Virus record (IMG/VR): IMGVR_UViG_3300025168_000056
Span: 1-64,000 of that record
DNA length: 64,000 bases
Source: a virus
Strand: one strand, 5' to 3'
Below the pieces are notes generated by a model, which ran no database searches, was not told the DNA's origin, and was given only the letters and a program-made list of their open reading frames with translations. The position numbers were made by a program, and so were the translations under genes. This document shows, piece by piece, positions 28,584-36,172 of the stretch (positions within the stretch are counted from its first letter, which is position 1; each line of letters starts with the position of its first letter).

Positions 28584-29761
28584 TGATTTTTCAAACACTG
28601 GACGATAAGTCCGAATGTATTGGAGTGTATGTTGAGGGGCAGCTGCATTTCAACAGTATTCCTGACAACCTAACAACAACATGGAAATACACAGGCTCTC
28701 TTGAAAACAGAGATGTAGAGTTTGTGGGCTTGTGGGTCAATGGTCTAGAATTGGAAGAATGCTGCCCAGAAGAGCACGCAGTCGAGTTAAAGCAGTGCCG
28801 TAATAAACTTGAGGCTTATCTAAAATCTTTCAAGATCGCAAAAGTCAATATGAGAGATCACTGTATATTCGATATGATCCCTCAAGATTTCTTGATGCGA
28901 TTTTGCGAAGTCAAAAACAAGGTCACAAAGCATGTCAAAGAAAACTGGGAAAGACCTAACAATTATAAGCACCTATCCGATGTTTCTAAGCTTCTGCATA
29001 AGATAAAATATCAAAATCTTAATTTATCTACACAAGACTGCCGCCATCTGCTGGTCTCCTCAAGAGATCGAGACAAAGCTAAGCTTCTGCTATCAAACTA
29101 TAGGCAGATTGACTACAACCTCTTTGGCACTGTTACCGGTAGGCTGACAACACGTCCGGATTCTTTCCCGATTCTGACTTTGAAGAAAGAACTACGACAA
29201 ATGGTCAAGCCACAGAATGATTTGTTTGTTTGCTTTGATTACAACGGAGCAGAGGTCAGAACACTGCTTGAGCTTTGCGGTGAAGAGCAGCCAGAGATTG
29301 ATATCCATGAGTGGAACAGTCGCCATCTTTTTGAACAAGAGATCACCAGAGAGGAATGCAAGGTGCGGTTTTTTGCATGGCTCTATGATCCTAAATCAAA
29401 AGATATCAAGAGTGAGCAGTATGATCGAAAGAAAGTTCTTGACAACTGGTACACCGACGGTTATATTAGTACACCATACGGTCGAAAGATTCGAGTAGAG
29501 GAAAGAAAAGCATTGAATTATTTGCTGCAAAGCACCACATCCGACAGGGTTCTCTCCAAGGCGGTAGAGATCGACAGGTTCCTGACAAACAATAATTGTA
29601 GTTCCTACATATCACATATCGTTCACGATGAGATCGTGATTGACTACTGCGACGAAGACCGGAAACTGATACCACAGATCAAAGAGATTTTTGAAGATGG
29701 GTATCCTTGCAATCTCACTGCCGGAAAGGATTATTACAATCTTAAAGAGTTGAAAATATGA
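28583..29761 (+). CDS. polA: Minimal family A DNA polymerase
   Basis: TGRL; motif A DYNGAEVR; motif B R...K..FF..LY; ALNYLLQST; motif C VHDEIV. Only 392 aa. Confidence 0.8.
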   Translation: MIFQTLDDKSECIGVYVEGQLHFNSIPDNLTTTWKYTGSLENRDVEFVGLWVNGLELEECCPEEHAVELKQCRNKLEAYLKSFKIAKVNMRDHCIFDMIPQDFLMRFCEVKNKVTKHVKENWERPNNYKHLSDVSKLLHKIKYQNLNLSTQDCRHLLVSSRDRDKAKLLLSNYRQIDYNLFGTVTGRLTTRPDSFPILTLKKELRQMVKPQNDLFVCFDYNGAEVRTLLELCGEEQPEIDIHEWNSRHLFEQEITREECKVRFFAWLYDPKSKDIKSEQYDRKKVLDNWYTDGYISTPYGRKIRVEERKALNYLLQSTTSDRVLSKAVEIDRFLTNNNCSSYISHIVHDEIVIDYCDEDRKLIPQIKEIFEDGYPCNLTAGKDYYNLKELKI

Positions 29762-30600
29762 TCTCCGTAATCGGCATTGGCAATGCGGCCTCTAAGGTCG
29801 CAGAGCTATTCAGCGGGACAAGCAACTACGATGTGTACAGCATGAATAGTTCGGTTAAGCGTTCCTCAAAGCGGAAATTTAAACTAAAGCGCTTTGACGA
29901 TCCAGAAGATTATGAAACCAACGTCCCAGATCTGAGCAAGTTTTTTGCCGAGGTGTCTGATGATGTTCAGGTTATTATTACTGGGTCTTCTTATAGTTCA
30001 AACTATACTTTGGGCATCTTATCACAAATTAGAGACAAAAATATTGAAGTATTCTACATAAAGCCTGATTCGGAACTCCTGACTGGCACACCGAAGCTTG
30101 TGGAAAATGCTGTGTTTGGTGTGCTTCAAGAGTACGCTCGATCAGGATTGTTCAAGTCGTTAACTATAATTTCTAATCTTGAAATAGAAAAATCACTTGA
30201 CAATATTCCAATTAAGAAGTATTATGAGTCTATCAACAATACAATTTTTTCCATGATTCATTACGTAAACTACTTCACTCACGCTGAACCAGAAATCGGC
30301 ATGGTTTCCAAGCCACTTGAGATTAATCGCATCCGAGCATACGGAGCCCTTAATCCAAAGAATCTTGAAGAAAAATGGTTTTTTAATCTTGACAGCCCTC
30401 GGGATGTATGTTATTATGTATGTATAAATCAGGAAACACTAGAGACAGATGGTACACTACACCGAAGACTTGTTGAAATTCTCAAAAGTAAGCCAAGAAA
30501 CACATTCCGACGTGTATCATATGCTGTCTATGAAACACCACACCAAACAGACTTTGGGTTCTGCGTTGCCCATACTAACGTAGTCCAAAAAAACACTTGA
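29758..30600 (+). CDS. Divergent tubulin/FtsZ-superfamily-like protein
   Basis: VIGIGNAASKVA N-terminus, YIKPD..L, IISN..I and YYESINNTI. The GGGTGS/TG loop is replaced by GSSYSS. Confidence 0.5.
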   Translation: MISVIGIGNAASKVAELFSGTSNYDVYSMNSSVKRSSKRKFKLKRFDDPEDYETNVPDLSKFFAEVSDDVQVIITGSSYSSNYTLGILSQIRDKNIEVFYIKPDSELLTGTPKLVENAVFGVLQEYARSGLFKSLTIISNLEIEKSLDNIPIKKYYESINNTIFSMIHYVNYFTHAEPEIGMVSKPLEINRIRAYGALNPKNLEEKWFFNLDSPRDVCYYVCINQETLETDGTLHRRLVEILKSKPRNTFRRVSYAVYETPHQTDFGFCVAHTNVVQKNT

Positions 30601-30625
30601 CAAGCTAACCCAAGTGTATTAAACT
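30597..30625 (+). promoter_or_regulatory. Sigma70-type promoter for the SSB gene
   Basis: TTGACA-17-TAAACT. Confidence 0.65.
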
Positions 30626-30678
30626 AGATGTTGAGGAAAGCTCAATATACTTTAACCAAATAATCAGGAGAGATTAAA

Positions 30679-31449
30679 ATGACAATTGATATGGAACTAA
30701 TGCGACGTAAGCTCGCAACACTAAGGGGTAATAACCCCGACCAGAGAACTTCGGTTTTCTTTAAGCCAGACGAGGGGGACACTGATATTCGTATCGTGCC
30801 CGGTAAGGATGGCGACCCGCTTAAGGAAGTCCACTTCCATTATAATGTGGGTGAGCACAAGGGCGGCATCATGTGTCCAAAGCGTAACTTTGGAGAGCAT
30901 TGCCCAATTTGTGAATTTGCTTCGACCTTGTGGAAGGAAGGAGTAGCAACTAACGATGAGGAAAGCAAGAAGCTTGCAAAGAGTCTCTTTGTACGCCAAC
31001 GGTATTTCTCACCAGTCGTAGTCCGCGGCCGAGAGGACGAGGGAATTAAGATGTATGGCTATGGAAAGAAAGCTTATGAGCTTCTTCTTGGTTATATCCT
31101 TGACCCGGAGTACGGCGATATTACAGATCTTCAGTCTGGAACCGATATTACGTTGACTTACACTAAGCCAAATAAGCCCGGTGCCTATCCTCAAACTAAC
31201 TTGAAGATGCGTCGCAACACATCCACACTACTGCCTGATACGGAAGCGATCCCTGCCCTCCTCGATCGTATGCCTGATGTAGATACTCTTTTTGAGCGTC
31301 TTAGTCCAGAGCAGGTTGACGCAATTCTCGATGCACAGCTTTCTGGAAATACTTCCGCTGAAAGCCGCTCATCCGAGACAGCTAAGTACGGTCCCTCCAA
31401 CGGAACAAGTGAGGTTGATCGCGCATTTAATGAACTAATGAACGGCTGA
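30679..31449 (+). CDS. Single-stranded DNA-binding protein (gp32-like)
   Basis: IRIVP, H...CP...GE.CPICE zinc motif, G.DIT...G.DITL and an acidic/aromatic tail. Confidence 0.8.
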   Translation: MTIDMELMRRKLATLRGNNPDQRTSVFFKPDEGDTDIRIVPGKDGDPLKEVHFHYNVGEHKGGIMCPKRNFGEHCPICEFASTLWKEGVATNDEESKKLAKSLFVRQRYFSPVVVRGREDEGIKMYGYGKKAYELLLGYILDPEYGDITDLQSGTDITLTYTKPNKPGAYPQTNLKMRRNTSTLLPDTEAIPALLDRMPDVDTLFERLSPEQVDAILDAQLSGNTSAESRSSETAKYGPSNGTSEVDRAFNELMNG

Positions 31450-31470
31450 TCTAAATAGTTGGTTTGAGAA

Positions 31471-31510
31471 CCGATGGCAGACCGGGTGTGTAAATAGTCT
31501 GCCACATTTT
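31471..31510 (+). repeat. Hairpin repeat copy 1 (divergent loop)
   Basis: CCGAT-GGCAGAC-cgggtgtgtaaata-GTCTGCC-acatttt. Confidence 0.75.
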
Positions 31511-31529
31511 CTAATAAAAGGAGATAATC

Positions 31530-31820
31530 ATGTTAGAATCATTGAAATCACTGTGGGCGCGATGGAGAGTACAAGTGAGTGTTGTGGGTGGCGTTTTAGT
31601 CGTCGCAACTGCTTACGGTACCTGCTCTTACGAGCCACAAGTTGTGTCGGACGCGGGAGAAACCTCTAGCGCCGTCGAAACAACGGGAGAGAGTACTTCC
31701 GTAGAAGTGTCAGAGGAAATTACTACCACTAATACTGCTGAAACAACCACCGGTGCTGATGATGAAGGTACCACCACGGAGACCACCAACAGTGGTACCG
31801 ATAACACTACAAGCGAGTAG
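31530..31820 (+). CDS. Membrane-anchored Thr/Glu-rich small protein
   Basis: RBS AGGAG; hydrophobic N-terminal segment, then a low-complexity T/E/S tail. Confidence 0.7.
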   Translation: MLESLKSLWARWRVQVSVVGGVLVVATAYGTCSYEPQVVSDAGETSSAVETTGESTSVEVSEEITTTNTAETTTGADDEGTTTETTNSGTDNTTSE

Positions 31821-31830
31821 TAAGCAAATA

Positions 31831-31869
31831 GCCGCTGGCAGACCGGTCAAAAGTCTGCCGCTTTTTAAG
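31831..31869 (+). repeat. Hairpin repeat copy 2
   Basis: GCCGCTGGCAGACCGGTCAAAAGTCTGCCGCTTTTTAAG. Confidence 0.9.
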
Positions 31870-31954
31870 TCCTTGACAATTCCTTGACAAGAACTACCTT
31901 GCAATCCTCGTTTACCTATGGTATATTATATAGGTAATCAAGAAGGAGAAACCA

Positions 31955-32605
31955 ATGAAGATTATACCAACAATATTCGCTATGCTTTTAGCAGCCCCAA
32001 CCGCCGAAGCAGCCCGAACACCCTACATGTGGGGCATCGGACCAACGGTTAGTACTATAGTTCTACCAGGAAACCACCCGTTTGAGTTTCCAGATGTAGT
32101 TAAATCTGCTGGATTTAAGACGACCGGTGGCGATGTCGGATTTGGTTTGCATGGCGTTTTGCATATGCGAAAGAACCAACGATTCGGCTCTCACATGTGG
32201 TATCACGTTGGAGATAATGGATACAGTAGCCCCAATATGACGTTAGACTACGATTTTATCGGTACGTCAGCAAACAACGTTCACATTCTCGCCGGACTTG
32301 GTGTGGGCTTTGGCTCTCAAAGCTGGCTTAAGGAGAATGGCGCCGAGTTTAGGATGAATACCTTCATCGCACGCGCCCAAGCCAGTGTTGGGTTCCGTTC
32401 CAAGAGAAACTGCTATCAGGTTGGCGCATTTATGAATTTACATGTTCCTGGCGATCAGACGATCAATCGGACCAATGGCACACAGACAGATGTTCCTTTC
32501 ACTATCTACCCAACATTTGGGTTAGAATTTACTGCCTTCTTCGGAGATTTTAAGCCACCAAAGAAGCGTAGTAATCGCCGACGCAAGAAGAACAAGAAGA
32601 ACTGA
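31955..32605 (+). CDS. Secreted protein, possible outer-membrane beta-barrel
   Basis: Signal peptide ending AEA, alternating Gly/aromatic strands, basic tail. RBS AGGAG and upstream TTGCAA-17-TATATT. Confidence 0.6.
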   Translation: MKIIPTIFAMLLAAPTAEAARTPYMWGIGPTVSTIVLPGNHPFEFPDVVKSAGFKTTGGDVGFGLHGVLHMRKNQRFGSHMWYHVGDNGYSSPNMTLDYDFIGTSANNVHILAGLGVGFGSQSWLKENGAEFRMNTFIARAQASVGFRSKRNCYQVGAFMNLHVPGDQTINRTNGTQTDVPFTIYPTFGLEFTAFFGDFKPPKKRSNRRRKKNKKN

Positions 32606-32621
32606 GACAAGACAGAAGAAA

Positions 32622-32659
32622 GCCGCTGGCAGACCGGTCAAAAGTCTGCCGCTTTTAAG
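32622..32659 (+). repeat. Hairpin repeat copy 3
   Basis: GCCGCTGGCAGACCGGTCAAAAGTCTGCCGCTTTTAAG. Confidence 0.9.
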
Positions 32660-32680
32660 ATTTTCATAAGAGGAGAAATA

Positions 32681-32794
32681 ATGAAGTTTATCTTACCAAT
32701 CCTTACCGCTAGCCTACTGATGGCATGTGGAGACAAGGACGAAGACACAGCAGCTGATTCAGCCGCACCGGCTGAAGACACAGCCGCAGAATGA
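32681..32794 (+). CDS. Small lipoprotein (37 aa, absent from ORF track)
   Basis: RBS AGGAG. Translates MKFILPILTASLLMA-CGDKDEDTAADSAAPAEDTAAE with lipobox LMAC. Confidence 0.8.
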   Translation: MKFILPILTASLLMACGDKDEDTAADSAAPAEDTAAE

Positions 32795-32854
32795 AAATCG
32801 ACGATCTGCTAAATTTTTTCCCCGGTAAAAATTCCAGATTTTCGTTTTAAGCAT

Positions 32855-32890
32855 GCCGCTGGCAGACCGGTTAAAGTCTGCCGCTTTTAA
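32855..32890 (+). repeat. Hairpin repeat copy 4
   Basis: GCCGCTGGCAGACCGGTTAAAGTCTGCCGCTTTTAA. Confidence 0.9.
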
Positions 32891-32900
32891 AAAAAAGTTG

Positions 32901-32929
32901 TTTACAAATGTTAACAACTGTTATATAAT
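32901..32929 (+). promoter_or_regulatory. Sigma70-type promoter
   Basis: TTTACA-17-TATAAT. Confidence 0.65.
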
Positions 32930-33039
32930 GAGAAATATCCAAAGTGGTGAGGATCATAAAAATCCACATTAACTTAAAAGTGTAACTGCTACGGCTAATA
33001 AGCACTTTATCACACCGGCCATTGGCCACGGAGAAACCC

Positions 33040-34149
33040 ATGTCTTTTAAAGACGAAAAAGCGCCTGCTAGCGCTGAAACTAGCATCATGAATGTCAACG
33101 ACCTTAATGTGGTTGATATTAACGCAGACGAATCCAGAATTCGTGTAGGCTTTGATAACAAAGGATATATTGATTTAGATGTTATCGAAAAACTTACGAA
33201 GATTGAATTCAATGACGCGGAGTTTTCACATATCGACTGGTTAGATTTGAACGAGGTAGACACCAACACCTCTAACTGGAAGAACATTGGAATTCGTGAC
33301 ACCAACGACGAGGCTACGAGAATTGAAAGCTTCCGAGTTTCTTTCCGCCGATATGGATATGACATGTCGGAATTTCCACCATGCGGTGACACGGATGGAG
33401 ATATTATGGAGGGAAGAACTCGTATCAAGGCTGCTAAGCTAAACGGCTATTCTTATATGCCTATTGCTATCTACACTCGCAGCGTCAAGACAGAACGCAA
33501 CAGCATTACTAACGGACTTGTTGCTAATCAAAAGAAGCCAGTCTTTATGGCTACTTTCAATGATTATGTGGCTGCGGGAGTGAGCTTGATTGATAGTGAA
33601 GAACTTGAAGCTACTACCACTGATGTTGACAACTGGCTGAACCATGAAGTCAAGATTGGTCGAGTTTATGACAACGGTATTAACGGAATGGTTACTAAGA
33701 TTCGTAATGCAATCATAAGCCGCTCAAAGACAGATGACGGACTTATCTGGTCTCTGACCAAGTCTGATGCAGAGAAGTGGATCAAGACAAATCTTGGTTT
33801 AGCTAAGGCTGACTATGTTCTTATTAACATGGCAGATAACGAGACATACGCCGAGCGAGCTTGGCGACATGTGCGAGATGCCCTGAAGAACGGTCGAGAG
33901 CCAGTGAATCTGATCTTCTACACCACCGATAATAGCCCAACAGCGGCACGCGCAGGACTCAAGAAGTCGATGGGGTATGTAGAAGATTTGTACTGTGATT
34001 CTTGGGAGGTAGTCATGAGTCAATTGCCAGACGGCGTTTCCTTGACTATTCCAACTAAGCGCCCCTTTGTTTTCAAAGGAGCCTTGCCCCAGATTGTCAA
34101 CAGTCATAACATCAATGGCAGCAATCTAGTTTCAGTCGATAAGTACTAG
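33040..34149 (+). CDS. ParB/Srx-like domain protein
   Basis: SF...GY....PP......IMEGRTRIKAA...G...MP resembles the ParB N-terminal GxxR motif. ATG 33040 with RBS GGAG. Confidence 0.5.
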   Translation: MSFKDEKAPASAETSIMNVNDLNVVDINADESRIRVGFDNKGYIDLDVIEKLTKIEFNDAEFSHIDWLDLNEVDTNTSNWKNIGIRDTNDEATRIESFRVSFRRYGYDMSEFPPCGDTDGDIMEGRTRIKAAKLNGYSYMPIAIYTRSVKTERNSITNGLVANQKKPVFMATFNDYVAAGVSLIDSEELEATTTDVDNWLNHEVKIGRVYDNGINGMVTKIRNAIISRSKTDDGLIWSLTKSDAEKWIKTNLGLAKADYVLINMADNETYAERAWRHVRDALKNGREPVNLIFYTTDNSPTAARAGLKKSMGYVEDLYCDSWEVVMSQLPDGVSLTIPTKRPFVFKGALPQIVNSHNINGSNLVSVDKY

Positions 34150-35000
34150 TGAAAACGCCCTTGCGATATCCCGGCGGCAAATCCCGTGCCGTCAAGCATA
34201 TCCTACCCCACATCCCCGAAGGTGTCGAACGAGTTTGTTCGCCATTCTTCGGGGGTGGCTCAATAGAGCTAGCTTTAGCTAATCGTGGTATCCAAGTATT
34301 TGGCTACGACAAGATGAAGCAGCTTGTATGGTTTTGGCAGGGTCTGTGTGGCGACAGCAATAAGTTGGCTGATGAAGTAGAGAAGCTCCGAGAACAATAC
34401 CTGATTAGAAACGGCGACACCGTGACAGGGTGTTCCAAGGAGGCGTTCCATCAGTACCGCGAAGACCTGAAGATAGAAACGTTTATGTTCTCCTACGAGA
34501 GAGCAGCAAAATATTACATCATCAACAGGTCCGGGTTCTCTGGAGCTACGTTTAGTGGTGGTTGGTCCGAGAGAGCATCTTACGCAAGATTCACTGAATC
34601 TTCAGTGCAAAGACTCAGAGACTTTAACGCACAAAAATTTAGAGTGGATTACGCTGACTTTGAAGACGCTATCTTTTACCATCCAAAAGCTTTCTTATAT
34701 CTTGATCCGCCGTACATGTTAAAGGGTTCTCAGAATTCTCTGTACGGCGTTGATGGAAACTTGCATGATTCGTTTGATCATGAAAGATTGCACGGTATCT
34801 TAACAAACAGAACTGGCTGGCTAATGTCCTATAATGACTGTCCAGAAATCAGAGATATGTATAAAGATTATGAAATTGTTGAGGCAGAGTGGTCTTATGG
34901 TATGACTAATGTATATTCAAAAGAAGAGAAGAAAAAGAAAGCCGAAGAAGGCTACGTTAAAAAACAAAAACAGTCATCCGAGATACTAATTAAAGGGTAA
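34149..35000 (+). CDS. DNA adenine methyltransferase (Dam/D12 class)
   Basis: PLRYPGGKS, SPFFGGGS, YLDPPY and LMSYND motifs. Confidence 0.9.
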   Translation: MKTPLRYPGGKSRAVKHILPHIPEGVERVCSPFFGGGSIELALANRGIQVFGYDKMKQLVWFWQGLCGDSNKLADEVEKLREQYLIRNGDTVTGCSKEAFHQYREDLKIETFMFSYERAAKYYIINRSGFSGATFSGGWSERASYARFTESSVQRLRDFNAQKFRVDYADFEDAIFYHPKAFLYLDPPYMLKGSQNSLYGVDGNLHDSFDHERLHGILTNRTGWLMSYNDCPEIRDMYKDYEIVEAEWSYGMTNVYSKEEKKKKAEEGYVKKQKQSSEILIKG

Positions 35001-36112
35001 TGAATATGAAACCACTGATGAAAGACTGGCGCAAGTTTCTGAAAGAAGATATAGATGTACCTCCTGAAATGGAAAAAGATCTAGACGGACCACTCCCTGC
35101 CCCCAAAGACTCTCCGGAGAACAATTTAATGCGCACCCTTCGCACTATCGAGGCAGAGGGATATGACTACAAGCTTGTTAAGAACCAAATTAGAGTTTTG
35201 GACGATCATCGTTCGGAGACAATGGAGAAATTGATTCAAATGCTTACTCCGCTGGGATTTACCCACAACCCTATCGGCGGGGGCAGCAGCATAGGTCGCC
35301 TAGAGCTTGTTGATCGCAGCGCCGGCAGTGTTTACGTATATGTTAAGCCCAAGAAACGAACTGCTGCATCTGCTGGGATGGATTTTGAAGAGAAGTTGGC
35401 AAACGAAATTACTCAGCGATATAGTCACATGGGAGTTACTGCTGAAACAGCCGGCTTCGGTCACGGATCCGATCTCTCTATTAACAAGGGCGGACAAACG
35501 GTTATGACCGTGGAACTAAAGACAGCACTCTCAGCCGATTTTGGTCAATTTAAAGCCCAATTCAATACGGCCGCCGGGACATGGGAACCCCGCCGCACAG
35601 AGGGTTATCTTAAAAACGAAGGTATTTTTAAGCCTTTGTTCGACAACTACCTGCTGGACTGGCTCAATGCCAACGCGCGGTTTCCAAACATTAACGACCC
35701 ACGCCTAAACCGAGACAAGAATGAAAAAATTGCTGGACTTAAGCGTTCGCTAAACACTGGCGAGCTAAAGAGAGAACTGCAGGGACTATGGTTTGATGGC
35801 AAAACCGACATTAAAGTCCCGTTCGATTTCTCACATATTGCTGGCTACTATAGCGACAAAGGCGATTCGTTTATTCAAATTAACGGTCGTGGATTGTACG
35901 CCTTAAAGCCAGAAGCACAGACACTTGTTGACGTGCCCATGTTTAAAGATTTGGGGCTATCCTGTGATCTAAGATTCCGTTTCAAGCCATCGTCAGGTGA
36001 AAATAGCTCTACTAGTTTTACATGCGCAGTAAAAATCAAGGGTCGTTATAATAAGTCAAACCTTAGTTTGACAAATCCAAAAGATCTAGACAAAATCATA
36101 GCAACTCTATAA
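35000..36112 (+). CDS. Putative PD-(D/E)xK endonuclease
   Basis: AGMDFE...SDL...VELKT pattern; adjacent to the MTase; late motif at 34985. Confidence 0.5.
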   Translation: MNMKPLMKDWRKFLKEDIDVPPEMEKDLDGPLPAPKDSPENNLMRTLRTIEAEGYDYKLVKNQIRVLDDHRSETMEKLIQMLTPLGFTHNPIGGGSSIGRLELVDRSAGSVYVYVKPKKRTAASAGMDFEEKLANEITQRYSHMGVTAETAGFGHGSDLSINKGGQTVMTVELKTALSADFGQFKAQFNTAAGTWEPRRTEGYLKNEGIFKPLFDNYLLDWLNANARFPNINDPRLNRDKNEKIAGLKRSLNTGELKRELQGLWFDGKTDIKVPFDFSHIAGYYSDKGDSFIQINGRGLYALKPEAQTLVDVPMFKDLGLSCDLRFRFKPSSGENSSTSFTCAVKIKGRYNKSNLSLTNPKDLDKIIATL

Positions 36113-36119
36113 ATAACAC

Positions 36120-36148
36120 TTGACACCACCGATGGATAGTGGTATCAT
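36120..36148 (+). promoter_or_regulatory. Sigma70-type promoter
   Basis: TTGACA-17-TATCAT. Confidence 0.7.
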
Positions 36149-36172
36149 AATGAATAACTAACAGGAGGGCGA

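Noticed and set aside
29758-30600. Nucleus-forming (chimallin/PhuZ) jumbo phage assignment
   Set aside because: No chimallin-like or multisubunit RNAP gene is recognisable here, morphogenesis genes are T4-like, and early promoters are host-sigma type.
31471-32890. CRISPR array interpretation of the ~38 bp palindromic repeats
   Set aside because: Spacings are about 195-750 bp, irregular, and contain intact genes; no cas genes are in the window.
32935-33030. Structured RNA in the leader of the ParB-like gene
   Set aside because: Only short scattered complementarities (AAAGTG/CACTTT, GGCC/GGCC); too weak without covariation data.
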